Assembly: GCA_964658305.1 (NCBI GenBank)
Contig: OZ210885.1
Span: forward strand, 5,208,001 to 5,272,000
Direction of reading: 5' to 3'
Length of the DNA: 64,000 nucleotides
Origin: Leptogorgia sarmentosa
Taxonomy: Eukaryota
Positions 10,039 to 24,870 of the stretch are shown here, piece by piece; the first letter of the stretch is position 1; each line of letters starts with the position of its first letter. The notes beneath the pieces are model-generated. The model was not told the origin of the DNA and did not search any database. It saw nothing but the letters and a program-made list of their open reading frames with translations. Made by a program: the position numbers and the translations under genes.

Positions 10039-13000
10039 TTATACAAAATAGTAAACTTCGACATCAGTTGGGGTGTAATTGTAAACTCCCGCCAGCAAAT
10101 TTTTGGCCTTAGACGTGGCATAAGCGTAACCAGATGGTGGTTGGTAGGTGTGGCCCAAGTTGGTATAGGAAGCAGTTCCAGCATTAGCATTGTTAGCAAC
10201 GTAAAGATCATGACCACCTCCAAATGTGGGACCGTAGCCATTATTGGTATATATAGCATTCGCCTGGTTTTGGTAGACTGCCATTTTGAAAGGTGCAAGG
10301 TGATCTCGATTGGCGAAGGAGAAAAGGAAGGATCCATCAGCTCTTATGTAACGAGGAGAACCTATTGAGAAACAACAATATAATATTGAAATACTTATTC
10401 TCACAATCATACCTCGTCAATTTGTTGACAAATTGAAGAAGGTAAAATCTACTAAAATATTAATTCAAGCGTGAATGGCATAACTAGATCAGAATGGAGA
10501 TGCTTTGTGACATTGCAGACACCATCACACAAATAGAGACTAGTCACTATTTAATTTCCATCCCTAACCGATACAGAAATCCACTCTTTATATAACGTTA
10601 GTTCAGCAACATCAAAGTTCTGCTGGTCCTGAGATGTAAAATTTTATTAGTTTCTGGAACCACCACATTCGTTTTTTCTTGTAGTTGCAGGTCACAAACT
10701 AGCCTTTTATTGCTAACTATGTGCTTTTTGAAATAGATACCTTTCAATTACGTATTAGGCACACAATTTGAAAAGATAAATGAGAAAAACACGACGATCT
10801 TTAATGAGAAGGACTTACCTCCCCATTGTGCTGCCGCATATCCACCAAAGACATACTGTCCAGATTTCACCAAAACAACAGTGGGTCCTTTGCTGTCACA
10901 GAAGGAATGGAATGTGCTGGATGCCCATCCATTAACAGAAGCTCGGTAGCAAAGTTTCATTTTCTTATCCTGTACTTCTGATGGCAGCCATTCCTTAAGT
11001 TGTTCAATCCACTCTTTGTTACCTCCCAGTACAGTTGAAGTGAAGAGGAGTTCTATACAAAATTAAATATTACGAAATTGAGATTTTAAATTCCAGTGGT
11101 TGATGCGCCAGCAATAGTAAAGTATTTTCATCCAGTTATGCCGGTTTTTGTATGATTAAGTTATAATTGAAGTAAAGTTGGTCGAAAAAGATCAGAAATA
11201 ACACTCTCTATATCGACTTATATGTTTTTCCGCCTTTCATAATTCAACTGTATCGTAGCGAAACGAGCGTAAATTATTTCATTGTCTTCCTTTCGCTTGG
11301 GCGAAAACTATTGTCAGTGACTGAAGAGACAAATTTAAATGAGGTTCGCATGGCGCAGAAATTTGAGTTGTCGCAATGTTTATAATGAAGACAGTTACCT
11401 TTCTTGGTACAAACCAGTCCAGTATATTCACTTGTACAGGAACATTTGAAACTTCCGTCTTCCTGGTTGGAACAGACACCACCATTTTGGCAGGGAGATA
11501 CTTCACAGGGGAGAACTAAGGACAAAAAATTGTCATTCACGACTTAACAAAAATAGAGGACATTTCTATCGACCTAAAATATCTCAGGCGATTATAAATA
11601 TATTGGTGTTTGCAGAGTTTTCTAGGTGTGACTGATTAGATAAATTTGCACATTATTCAATCATTATTACGTGTAATACAACAAAGATGATTTGAGGTAA
11701 ATACCTTTCTTAGAGCAATCAAATCCTTTAAATCCATCAGGACATTCGCACTCGAAACATTTAACACCATCGTCTGAACATTTACCATTGTTCTTACATG
11801 GCTGTCTGTCACATGGACGAACTGAAGAAACACAACATTATCAGAAGTCATTGTCGGCAATTAGCCCATAGTGATTTACGTTAACGCGTCTTAAGTACGG
11901 CCCAAGAAATAATAAGTCGCTGAAGGGCGACTATAACATTTTTTTCAAAATGGCCGCTAACTGCTTGGCTATGAAAGATATATTGGCCTAGAATTAGGGT
12001 ACGATGGTATACAACAATTTTAAAGGGCAAAAAAATGACAAAAATTGTCAAAAGACATCACTAAGACGTTCTGACGTGTCAATTATATTTTACAAAAACT
12101 CACTTCGTCGCTCGCGAAGTTAACGAAATTTACGCCATGATGTATAAACAATGGTGTAAAGTGGAAATAAGGACAAAATTTAAGGCTTAAACTCATGGCA
12201 AAACAATTAGTCGCCTCAATCTCGGGACTTAGGGGCTGTTTACATGAACCCTGCAGGGAGGGCTAGCCCTACCAATAGGGCTGGTTTTCATCCCTTGTTT
12301 ACATGATAGGGCTGGCTCGCTTCGATAAACAACTCATTTATTTTAGTACGCAGTCTAAAATGATATTTTGCTAAGAAAATTTTCGATTAATAGGGATTTC
12401 AAATAGCACGGGAGATCTCGCTTAGTAGGGCCAGCCCTCCCTGTAGGGCTCATGTAAACAGCCCCTTAGAAGTCAATAGTCATTCGCGGCTTCACGGCTC
12501 AGTGATTATGAGCGTGTAATCACTTCGGCAGCCTCAGCTATTGTTGTCAGAATCCTTGCGAAGCCAAGGATTGACTATATGGAATGGGAACTGAGAAGCT
12601 TTGAATTTGAAACATAATTTATCATGTTTTGAACGAAACTATAAATGCAATGGTAGGTTTCTTCGGGATTTTTCATGCAGCACTGAACTGCTGCCTATTA
12701 AGATGCTATCTAGCCGAAACTTGTTCTTCAATTTTACCTTTTTTCTCACACAAAATTCCTTCGTAGTTTGGTGGACATTTGCATGAAAATGTGCCATCAT
12801 CGTTGTCTACACACACTGCGGAGTTTCTGCAAGGACTTCCTTCACACACAGTCACTGCATTGATAAAAGAAACAACACTATTAGACTTTCAACAACAGTA
12901 ACATGCAAGTTTCCGTGTTGTTTTATACAATTGTACAAAGAAATTTCAAAATTTCAGTTAGATATAACTAAATTCAATAAAGTTCATTCAGAAAGATTGA

Positions 13001-14216
13001 TTTAAATTGCAATCGAAAATTGAAAATCAACGGGGGCACACATGTAATTTCAACACAAAACATCTCTTCCACTGTGGAAGGAGAACATGCAGCAAGTACA
13101 TCACAGTTCTCAGGTGCTGACATGAAAATTAATTTATCAGTCGATTCAATGTGGATTTGTACACGATTTCAATGATTATATGTCCCAATGTTTAAACACT
13201 TCAAGCACGGTAATAACAAACAACAGTCTTAAGATCACGACCATTTGCTGGCTGAATGCCGCTCCAAATTACAAATGCATATGCAAATTATAACGACAGA
13301 ATATTTCTCTGTAATCTGAAATCACCTTTTTCACCGCAGTCAAATCCTTTAAATCCAGTCGGACAATCACATTTCTGATGATTTCCAGTTAATGGTGTGC
13401 CATTGTTTTGACAAACATCCTCGGCTAGAATTCCAGCTACAAAAATTTATACATTGAAATAACATTGTAATATGTGGGCGTTTTCTCGATATATGGACAA
13501 GCCTATAATAAACCGCACCCTAACCTCAACACTTTCGTTTGCTCATAGATCAAGAATAAGCCAATACATGCGCGGTATAGTTTCAATTAAAATTATAAAT
13601 GTACAACAATATATTCATGTCATTGTCCTCGCATTCCCTTCCACAAACGAAAAGGAAGGAACACTTTATATATATATGTATTAGTCATGCATGAAAAATT
13701 CCCTAGCATATGAAACGACAGCATCCATTTGATCTTTCTGTTCTGTGGCGATCTTCATCTTAAAATTACTATGAACCAACAATAGTAAGGAACATTTCGA
13801 CCTTCACAAAAACGTTAGTAGCTAAAGAATGATTCTTAATTGGGATGCTGAATACTGTTGTTGATTATTTGGTGCCCGTTGCCAAGTGATTAAAATCATC
13901 GGAGTGCAACTGATTTTGCGCGGAATCACAATACATCGCTTTATATTTGTTATAAGAATAGAGTAAAGATTTTAAGTCGGTCCCCTTATAGTTAAAAAGC
14001 TTTCCAATTTCACATTTGCTCGAATATCAGGTTGTTGAAACATGGATTTATTCAAAGTAATAACAGTGAAGTTTGTAGAGGAATACAAATGCAGTGATAC
14101 AGTACAACACTAGCATGCAGTTATAATTATCACTTCGAGACAACGGACATACGCAATCTGTAATACATACCAGTTAGCAACATGAACACAGCAAAGCTTC
14201 CCGACATTTTCAACAT
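10039..14216 (-). CDS. Secreted signal peptide-4xEGF-TLDc protein, paralog A (354 aa, 7 exons)
   Basis: Exons (-): 14171-14216, 13326-13436, 12738-12854, 11705-11821, 11399-11515, 10819-11052, 10039-10361. All introns are GT-AG and phase 1; total 1065 nt in frame. MLKMSGSFAVFMLLTAGILA signal-like leader, EGF Cys patterns, and TLDc motifs LCYRASVNGW, FHSFCDSKGPTVVLVK, VFGGY, SFLFSF, GPTFGGGHDL, DVEVY. Confidence 0.9.
12232..12465. mobile_element. PIF/Harbinger-type MITE in intron 3 of paralog A
   Basis: TIRs ggggctgtttacatga / tcatgtaaacagcccc with TTA on both sides. The site is empty in paralog B (~18238) and paralog C. Confidence 0.85.
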
Positions 14217-15962
14217 TCTGAAATCTTCCAGGTTCTTTACTGTCGACTGTATGAAAGTTAGGCGTGTTTCTAAAGATAAAAATTACACAATTTAGAATAC
14301 AAGGTAAACATCAGCTTGCTGTAAATGATTGGGTTTGCGTATTGTAAAAAACCCGATACCAACAAGTCGAATAATATTAGGGAAGATACCTAGTGTCGAT
14401 ACAGCAAATTGCTCTTAAACTTCCTTGCTTGGTGAAAAGATAGCCAGCGCTCTAGGTGTTCGTGTAGCCGCAAGGCCAGGTTTGCTATCCTGATTTAACG
14501 CCCAAGTTCAGATTACACTCAAAGCAAAGCAATCAAGTATGAAAGATGTTACATTTCAATCTACTGTATAGCTACTTCGTGCGGAGCAAGCCATATAAGA
14601 ACAAATCTAAAACGACTTACATAACTTCGAACCAAAGCGAGATCTCTTTGCCAGTTGTTCTTCTCTTGACGGTCTTCCCAGGTTTAAACTTGAGATGGAA
14701 CTTGGGCGTCTCTTATGTTCGCTCATTAGACCGTTTGGCATTCAACTGTATCGTAGCGAAACGAGCGTAAATTTTTTTGTTGTCTTGTTAATACTCATGC
14801 AGAACTGATAATATGAACACAAAGAATGCACTATACGTTTCGCTTCGATTGAAGTGTACAAAGTCATTGGGAAATATAGGCTTACATGTTAATAATATGA
14901 TCCCACTTAACCGAGATTTAATGAAGCGTCAAATGATTTTGAGGTATTGAAATGAGTCATGTTTATGAACCGAAACAACTAATGTTTGGACACTTCCAGT
15001 ACTAATCAACAAAAAAGATATATTTTATAAATTGATGCCCAACAACATTTTGTCTGTTTGATTTTTCGGCAGAACAAGTCTTGAGCAAGTTGCAGTTGAG
15101 GTGTCCCTAATGGACGATTTTAGTCACACTGTACTTGCCCATCAAATGTAATTCCAAACCAACGCTGTTGCAAATAACCAATACAGCGTTTCCAAGTTTT
15201 TCCAGACTGGGTCTTGCCTCGTGTTCAGGGCTTAGACTGAATTCACAACGTTACTACCATACAACCTTGACCTTTCAATTTAAGGGTCGCCCACACCCGG
15301 TTGAGCAGCGCCCTTTTATCGCCATTCCTTAAATTCATTGTCAAATGGATTCAAGTAATTATTATTACTGGAATATTATACTTATCCCATATCTCGGAGA
15401 TTGAGTGTGTCGAATGTATTTAGTTCTTGCACTTGTGAACGTTTTTCGTCACCATTCGTAGTATTTTATTTATTAAGGAAATAAGGAATAGAACTAAAAC
15501 AACTGAAACAAATTTTATTAAAAAAAACTGGAAAAATTTTGAGATGCCGAAACGAAAATTTTACGAATGAAATATTTAGAATTGACGAAAAGCAAATTTG
15601 TCTTGTGCAGATGTTGAAAACGGGCAAAAATAAGTTGGGTGTTTCATGGCAGGAAAACAATGCTGTGGACCTCTTTTCCGAGGACCTGCTTATGTACCTC
15701 GTTGCTGTCGATTTACCGATCAACTATTATCACAAACACAAAAACAAATCATTGGATTCTTTTATTTTATCATTGTTACACATAAAACACACGATTAGTT
15801 ATCAAACTCATACCCTATTCATTCTAAGATGTATATAAGACGCTTCACACTTTGCAAGTGTTTGCATTTAAGAATCACAGGTTTTAAAAATCACAAATTA
15901 TGTAAAACGTTCCTTCACAACTTGCTATTTTAGAATAAAGCTAGAATGTGTCTTGAAAAACG

Positions 15963-18900
15963 TTATTCAAAATAGTAAACTTCGACATCAGTTGGGGTGT
16001 AATTGTAAACTCCCGCCAGCAAATTTTTGGCCTTGGTCGTGGTATAAGCGTAACCTGATGGTGGTTGGTAGGTGTGGCCCAAGTTGGTATAGGAAGCAGT
16101 TCCAGCATTAGCATTGTTAGCAACGTAAAGATCATGACCACCTCCAAATGTGGGACCGTAGCCATTATTGGTATATATAGCATTCCCATGGTTTTGGTAG
16201 ACTGCCATTTTAAAAGGTGCAAGGTGATCTCGATTGGCGAAGGAGAAAAGGAAGGATCCATCAGCTCTAATGTAACGAGGAGAACCTATTGAGAAACAAC
16301 ATGATAATATTCAAATACTTATTCTAACAATCTTACCTCGTCAATTTGTTGAACAAATTGAAGAGGGTAAAATCTACTAAAATATTAATTCAAGCGTGAA
16401 TGGTATAACTAGTTCAGAATGGAAATGCAACATTGCAGACAGCATCACACAAAGAGACCAGTGACTATTCAATTTCCATCCCTAACCGATACAGAAATCA
16501 ACTCTCGATATAATGTTAGTTCAGCAACATCAAAGTTCTGCTGACCCTGAGATGAAAACATGTATTTTCTGGAACCGGCAAACTTGTTTTACCTGACCCA
16601 CTTCTGATAGTTGCAGGTCAAAAACTAGCCAAAGAAGTTGTTATGTACCTTTTGAAATAGATACCTTTCAATTACGTATTAAGCACACAATTTGAAAAGA
16701 TAAAGGAGAAAAACACGACGATCTTTAGTAATAAGAACTTACCTCCCCATTGTGCCGCCGCATATCCACCAAAGACATACTGTCCAGATTTCACCAAAAC
16801 AACAGTGGGTCCTTTGCTGTCACAGAAGGAATGAAATGTGCTGGATGCCCATCCATTAACAGAAGCTCTGTAGCAAAGTTTCATTTTCTTATCCTGTACT
16901 TCTGATGGCAGCCATTCCTTAAGTTGTTCAATCCACTCTTCGTTACCTCCCAGTACAGTTGAAGTGAAAAGTAGTTCTATACGAAATGAAGACAAACAAA
17001 TATTACGAAATTGAGATTTTAAATTCCAGTGGTTGATGCACAAGCAATAGTAAAGTATTTTCATCCAATTGTGCCGATTGTTGTATGATTAAGTTATAAT
17101 TGTAGTACAGTTGGTCGAAAAGATCAGATAGTACACCGAAAATCGAGAAACTGAATTATGACACTCTCTATCTCGCCTTATGTTTTTCCGCCTTTCTTAA
17201 TTCAACTGTATCGTAGCGAAACGAGCGTAAATGATTTCATTGTCTTCCTTTCGCTTGGGCGAAAACTATTGTCAGTGACTGAACAGACAAATTTAAATGA
17301 CGTTCACATGGCGCAGAAATTTGAGTTGTGGCAATGTTTATAATAAAGACAGTTACCTTTCTTGGTACAAACCAGTCCAGTATATCCACCTGTACAGGAA
17401 CATTCGAAACTTCCGTCTTCCTGGTTGGAACAGACACCACCATTTTGGCAGGGAGATACTTCACAGGGGAGAACTAAGGACAAAAAATTGTCATTCACGA
17501 CTTAAAAAGAGAGGACATTTCTATCGACCTAAGATATCTCAGGAAATAGTCAATATTGGTCGTGTCCTATCTTAATTGCCATGTTGTGGAATTTTTACGG
17601 TGTTTGCAGAGTATGAAGTTTTCTATGTGACTGATTAGATAAAATTGCACATTATTCAATCATTATTACTGTGTAATACAACAAAGATGATTTGAGGTAA
17701 ATACCTTTCTTAGAGCAATCAAATCCTTTAAATCCATCAGGACATTCGCACTTGAAACATTTAACACCATCGTCTGAACATTTACCATTGTTTTTACATG
17801 GCTTTCTGTCACATGGACGAACTGAAGAAACACAACATTATTATCAGAAATTATCGTCAGTAATACTTTGATTGCATGACGCGTCTTTAGTATATAAATA
17901 TGAGGCGACCACAACAGGTGATTATAACTCACTGCAGAGTAACCAAAACATTTGTTCAAAATGACTGCTAACAGCATGGCGCCTGTTATGAACCAAGATT
18001 TTTGGCGGAAATTCGAGTATGATAGTTTCCAACAACAGTAAGAAAACACAGAAAAATTTGAGAAGGATTCCACTAAGAACCTTTGTCTTTTTGCGTCGCT
18101 TGCGAAGTTCATGTTTATGGACTTAACGACATGGTTTAAACAACGGTGTAAAGTGTATTTAAGGACAACATTTGCGATTTAAACTCAAAGTTCACTTCAG
18201 TTTATGCTGAAACTATTGATCGCCTCAAGCTCGGTAATTAGAAGTCAATAGTCATTCGCCCTTCGCGGCTCAGTGATTACGAGCTTGTAATCACCTTGAC
18301 TTCGGCGACTAAGCTAATTGTTGTTGCCATAATCCTTGTGAAGAGATTAGATAGGTTGCCACTATCGAGAGGGTATATAGTCGAACCATGTTGTCTAATT
18401 TACCTTTTTTCTCACACAGAATTCCTTCGTAGTTTGGTAGACATTTGCATGAAAATGTGCCATCATCGTTGTCTACACACACTGCGGAGTTTCTGCAAGG
18501 GCTTCCTTCACACGCAGTCACTGCAATGATAAAAGGAATGATACTTTGAGACTTTCAACAACAGTACCATGCGAGTTTCTGTAATGTTTTATATAATTGT
18601 GAAAATCTATATCAAAGTTTAAGTTAGAATCTCAGAATTTGTACATCAGACGGTTCAATGTGCATTTGTACACGATTTCAATTTTTATTGCTTGATATGT
18701 CCCAATGTTTAAACAGTAGAACTCCAAAGCAGTGCATGGTAATGACAGACAATAGTCTTAAGATCACTACCGAGTGTAAAATGCCGCTCCAAATTACAAG
18801 TTATAATGACAGAATATTTCAAATCACCTTTTTCACTACAGTCAAATCCTTTAAATCCAGTCGGACAATCACACTTCTGATGATTTCCAGTTAATGGTGT

Positions 18901-19486
18901 GCCATTGTTTTGACAAACATCCTCGGCTAGAATTCCAGCTACAAAAATTTATACATCGAAATAACATTGTAAATTTGTAATATGTGGGCGTTTTCTCGAT
19001 ATGTGGATACGCCTATACAAACCACACCCTAACGTCAACACTTTCGTTTGCTCATAGATCAAGAATAAGCCACTTCCTTAGTAGCCGAAGGATCATTCTT
19101 AATTGGGATCAGTCTGAATATTGTTGTCGGTTGTTTGGTGCCCGCGTTGCCAAGTGTTTAAAACCATTGAAGAGTGCAACCCATTTTGCGCGGAATCACA
19201 GTACATCGCTTTATATTTGTTATAGGAATAATTTAAAGATTTTAAGTCGGTCCCCTTATAGTTAAAAAGCTTTAAAATGTCACATTTGCTCGAATATCAA
19301 GTAATCGAAACAAGGATTTATTCAAAATAATAACAGTGAAGTTTGTAGAGGAATACAAATGCAGTAATACAGTACAACACTAGCATGCAGTTATAATTAT
19401 CACTTCGAGACAACGGGCATACGCAATCTGTAATACATACCAGTTAGCAACATGAACACAGCAAAGCTCCCTGACATTCTCAACAT
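15963..19486 (-). CDS. Secreted signal peptide-4xEGF-TLDc protein, paralog B (354 aa, 7 exons)
   Basis: Exons (-): 19441-19486, 18828-18938, 18404-18520, 17705-17821, 17357-17473, 16743-16976, 15963-16285. Exon lengths are identical to A, introns are GT-AG and the frame is open. Confidence 0.9.
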
Positions 19487-20123
19487 TCTAAAATGTTCCA
19501 CGTCCTTTACTGTCGACTGTATGAAAGTTAGGCGTGTTTCTAAACATAAAAATTACACAATTTACAATACATCAGCTTGCTGTATATGGTTGGATTTGCG
19601 TATTGTAAAAAAACCGATACCAACAAGTCGAATAATATTAGGGAAGCTACCTAGTGTCGATACAGCAAATTGCTCTTAAACTTCCTTGCTTGATGAAAAG
19701 ATAGCCAGCGCCCTTGCTGTTCATGTAGCTGCAAGGCCGGGTTTGTTATCCTGATTTAACGCCCAGTTCAGATTACACTCAGAGCAAAGCAATCAAGTAT
19801 GAAAGACATTACATTTCAATCTACTGTACAGCTACTTCGTGCAGAGCAAGCCGTATAAGAACAAATCTAAAACGACTTACATAACTTCGAACCAAAGCCA
19901 AATCTCTTTGCCAGTTGTTCTCCTCTTGAAGGTCTTCCCAGGTTTAAACTTGAGATGGAACTTGGGCGTCTCTTATGTTCGCTCATTAGACCGTTTGGCA
20001 TTCAACTGTATCGTAGCGAAACGAGCGTAAATTATTTCATTGTCTTGTTAATACTCATGCAGCACTGATAATGAACAGAGAACACAAAGAATACACTATA
20101 CGTTTCGCTTCGATTGAAGTTTA

Positions 20124-20266
20124 GGCCTAGTTTTACGTCGGTCTTATGTCGAACTTTCGTCGCGTCAAATCCAATTCAAACAATACATAAAATGTAGCTG
20201 ATCTATATTTTGAATTGCATTTGACACCCAGAAAGTTCGATATGAGAGTGACGTATAAACTGGGCC
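20124..20266. mobile_element. Harbinger-type MITE
   Basis: Imperfect TIRs ggcctagttttacgtc / gacgtataaactgggcc flanked by TTA/TTA. Confidence 0.7.
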
Positions 20267-21320
20267 TTAAAGTCGTTGGGAAATAGGCGTAAGTGTTTAA
20301 TTGCCGTTTGGTCATGCTACTTAATTTCGTAATGAGTAACTCAAAGGCGTTTTATAATAGTCTAAACGCGGTGGATAAATGAAAACTTAAAAACGCTCTT
20401 ACTCATTTTGTGAATAATTCAACTTAAATTTTATCAACTAAGGCCCCTATTACACTATACCGGATTACTATTGTAATCAAGCGTGTTCTCAAATGTTGCC
20501 AAGCAGCAACACAGCTTTATTCCTTTAGCTGAGCGAAAGCAAACAATTCAAGCCTTTTTTATGGATGTATTTTTAGTATATATGTATTTTTATTGTCTTT
20601 TTGTCAAACCAAAGAGTCGCGGGAGAAATTTAATAGCTAGATGCGTGCATTACGCTGTTATTATGCACGCTCATTAGCCAATCACGTTGCAGATTTTACC
20701 CTACTTATATTATAATTTAAAATAGCTGTGTATAATGCCCGTTTTATTCAAATGTTATGAATTTATTTATCAATGTGCGAGCAGGGATCCCGAATTGTTT
20801 CAATTGTTAATTTGCTAAATGTTGTTATAGTTGTTCCCTCTTCTATCTGTTCTATCTTCCTTTTAGTTAGTTTATTGTTCGACTGGTTCGTATTCTCGGT
20901 TGAATTTTTTTCTTGTCTGGGTTTTCGTAACCCCAACCCAATTTTAATCGACTTTTACTTCGTCCCAAGTGTTGTTCTTGTGCATGCACCGTGACTGTCG
21001 TTCCAGTCAGTTCTAGGCTCATTCTAACGTGATACTTAGAGAGGATCAAAATTATAACATAAACTATATATTTCTGTCTAACAATTAATCGTCGAAGGCG
21101 AGCTGTAAATCTGAGCGTGTACTGACGGAGCCTCAGGCAACTAAATGCTTTAGTAAAAATTTCCTGGTCGAAAATAGGAGTTAATTAAATAAAGCCTATA
21201 TTCACTAATTTACCATACCAAAAATACCACTAAAATGTTTTTTAAATTTACAAAGAAATCCCAAATGTAGTAATCTGAGGGATGAAAAAAATGCGGTGCT
21301 CCTCTTAACTCAACTGAAAT

Positions 21321-24300
21321 TCATGTCGAAGTATTCATTTGAGAGACGTGACAATTTTGAGATTCTGGCTTCCTTCTGGTCGATGCTTTGTTTCGCCACA
21401 TGTTTATTGTCCTCTTGTTTAAGACGAAGGCGACGAAGATGAAAACTCCTGTTTTTAAAACAAAAATCCTTTGAAACAAACTTTGCATCTTGGATATTTT
21501 TTGTTATACTCGTAGCCGTAGGCGTTGATACTGAATATGATAAACAACACTTGGTGGATCAGTGGGAACCCATTAATTGGAAACATTACCCCAATTATAA
21601 GAGAATAATTTCAAAATGCTCAAACAGACAAGTGCTCACCTTGTAGACTGTTGACAATGATAAAGAGGTAAGCCACAACAACGTTATGCGGAGCACCAAA
21701 ACCCAGGAACCACGTGACGCCCATCACTGTTGACAGCTTACAGTAGATTTTCGCATTCTTTCTTTTAGTGCCAGAATTCACTGATTTTTGTACAACGCTT
21801 GTTGCCTAAAATAGCAGCAATAATTCAATATGAATACATACAATTAACAGTATAATTTCTATAGACACGACAGGTAGAGGAATATCTGGGGAGAGATCAT
21901 TAATACCTTGAATTGTTTTTTGGATACTGTACCCGTAAATATAAAAACCACACAGCCATTGAAACAAGATATGAGTAGGACAAAAACTTATTTTTCTAAA
22001 GGCGATACGTGAAGTTTAGACACGTCATTAATTTACCTTGGTTACATCATGGATACTGAATATGGTCCTTATCAATGAGACGGCATTGAAAAGTAGCATG
22101 ATTCCAACTGGGACGTAGAAGAATAATATCAAAGCCAACCGTTGGCCAATCCAACACGACATTGATTCACCTGCCAAAAATACGAGAATAAGTTTAACAT
22201 CTTTTTATCCAACTGGCTTTTCAAATTTCCCGCATGCTCATTCGGCTTAGTTGTTCTCTTTTTATGCTTCCATTTTATGACATTTTCTCCTCAGATAAAC
22301 TTCTTCCATAAATGATAAATCAACCATTCTCTCTTTTGTAACATAAAAAATGCTGGAAAATTCAGATGAAAAATTGTCTCTGAATAATCGTTTCCTTACC
22401 ATATCCAATATGGATGGCATTTGTTTCCCCAAGTATGATGGTCAGTAACACGATCACAGTCGAAGTCGACATGGAGAAAATAACGTAACGGTGAAAATCG
22501 GAACGGCTTGAATTTGTACTCGAACATTCCCCTGAAAAAGCCCCAAAATGATTTTTAGGTGGTACTTTTTAAATTTTGGAGGGGTACGTCCCTTCTGATG
22601 GAAAAGCCTGGAGTGGTAAGTTTTGAGGTGATTTGTGATTTAAAAGGGCATAATATATATTTACCATAACACCCACCATTTCGGGAAAATGTCTTCGAGA
22701 TATCGTAACTCATGACTGTTGTCCATACAAAAGAAGATAGAATCGCCCAGTGTAACAAAATTGCCATAGCTTTGCATCCTGGACTTCCTGACGTCGCATA
22801 AGGACTGGCCAATAGGAGACCTTGATAAGCGATGAGTGATAGTGACAATGCAAGCAATATCAGACCTGGAATTGTTCTTAATGTTGTGAAATGGAGGTAC
22901 GTCATCACGACTGCTAGTAAACACGCGATAGATAAAGATAAACCAATCACAGTGAGATAACTTTGTATGACGTCATCAAGGCTTTCTGTAGTCTTCGAAC
23001 CTTCGGCTTCGTTATCGTCAGAACTCTGAGAAAACGACTTGTGATCGAAAAATAACGTCAACGAAGATTTTGAAATTATATTTTCTGGCGGAATTTGGAA
23101 TTTCTTAACGCTTTTTCCGTTGCATGAAGCACAGTGAAAATTTTTGTAAACTACACCGTCTGCTTCAAGTAATTGAGAATAATCTTTACACTTATTCACC
23201 AGGTCGTTGTATTTCAATGATTCTTCAGCGTTGACTGCAGATTCGCATAGCGTTGCCTTTGTGCAACGACTTACAGAAGCAGCACTTTCATTTCCCGGGG
23301 ATACATACCAGGTACAATTCTCCCGTAGGTAGGCACTGCCATATATGAAATCAGTCCCGTTTTTGACTTTGACTGGATCAAAGCATGCTACCAAAAAACC
23401 CCATCGAGTGAAGTTAGTAATCCCATGACACTGTGCATAATACGCGTTTCTATAGGTTTTTCCATCTTCGCCAGTAACCGGAATGCGTTCGACAATGTCC
23501 ATAGAGTTAGTGTCAGGTCTGATCCAATTTCGTGTTTGGCTCTGATTGCCTGTCATCTTTGTTACTGGACAACGGTTTATCATCATATAGGCGATGGTCA
23601 TCCGGCTCTTATTGTTTTTTGGTTGGTGGAATTTGGTATCCACACACTCCCAAAGTTGTTGTGCTGACTGATCAAATGGTTTTGTCGTTACGTTGCAACT
23701 GAACAAAACAGAGAAAAATACAGTCGATAAATAAGCAATATTATATTTAAGGAATAGAAAACATTTTCCTATGTTTACATCGAGTTATGTAAACACGAGT
23801 GCAAGTCTGGGAGAACGAGAAATGTGTGGAAACACCAGCCCGAAGGGAGAAAATAACACGATGACAAAAGCGGAATAACGCAATAGCGAGAAGCAGCGGG
23901 AAATAACTGTGTTCACATAATCTCACATCAACACGGCTGTTAGCCAATCACGCGCGCGCAATCTTTTCATTTACTTCCGGTTATTTTATAAAATACAATG
24001 ACATCATAGACAACATGCTCAATTTTTCACACAACATGTATCGTCCTTTTTTAAGAACTTACCTTGGCCAGTAATCCACGCAACAATCTTTATAAAGTGG
24101 ACATAATCTGTCGCAGTGACAGTAAGGGCCAACACCTCTCCTATCTCTTGTTTCATCGCAGCGTTTCACACAAGATTTATCATCCATTTTTAAGAAAAAA
24201 AGGTTTCCACTCCCAACTGGACGACCAAAGTTTTCGAGGATGATCGCTTTTTCAAACTTTTTGTAATCATCACGAAGTTCGACGTAGGCAGTGGACTCTG

Positions 24301-24870
24301 GATCATCTGTAAACAAGCAGACAGTTTTTGAAAAGAGTTGCTTTTCTCGAAATATCAGGCCCCCCTTGCTTACATTTCACTACGTTCTCGATGTACTGTA
24401 ACATAATATCTACTTAGGGCATTTTTGAATTTTTATTCTGGTCTTTTTTGTTTAATTATTTTAAATGTTCGAATGCAGTACACATCCAAATGGCGATCAT
24501 TTTCAGTTGAAGTGGCGCAAGAGGATCTATATCATATCCTTATTGAACCAGGGTCGCCAGAATTCGTGAATAAATTAGCCAAACCATTATTAGTACCGTC
24601 AAGGAAACAAAGAAAATAAGAAAACAAAAAGCAAAGAAGAACAATGAGCATTGTTAAAAGTTTAACTAATTTATTCAGGTGAACTGGGCAACCTTGTATT
24701 GAACTGAACCTGTGTTCTCCACTTTGACTCCATTGTTTCCTGAATCTGGGAATCTGAATCTTTAGTAGGGAGTTAAATTTTCGCTCACCGTATTCTTTGA
24801 TCAGTGTCGTTCTTGCAATGTGCCCAAGGATAATCTGACATGAAAGAAACTGAAGGACAAAACTATGCAT
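21321..24870 (-). CDS. Somatomedin-B domain class B (adhesion/Methuselah-like) GPCR, paralog 1 (~635 aa, 7 coding exons)
   Basis: Exons (-): 24789-24870, 24063-24306, 22677-23698, 22400-22531, 22037-22170, 21640-21805, 21321-21448; 1908 nt in frame. SMB motif SCVKRC...CHCDRLCPLYKDCCVDY. 7tm_2-like motifs LLHWAILSSFVW, GYGESMSCWI, KLSTVMGVTWFLGF, NSLQGVFIF. Exon 1 was chosen because its donor and frame are conserved in paralog 2. Confidence 0.85.
23746..23993 (-). mobile_element. Hairpin-element family 2 insertion in intron 2 of GPCR paralog 1
   Basis: Reverse-complement homolog of 51398-51735 with half of the hairpin deleted. Absent from the equivalent intron of paralog 2 (~31480). Confidence 0.8.

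Noticed and set aside
24596..24651. Hydrophobic MLIVLLCFLFSYFLCFLD segment as the GPCR signal-peptide exon
   Set aside because: The donor site and frame are not conserved in paralog 2 (GT is lost and a stop follows). Exon 24789-24870 has a conserved strong donor and synonymous changes.
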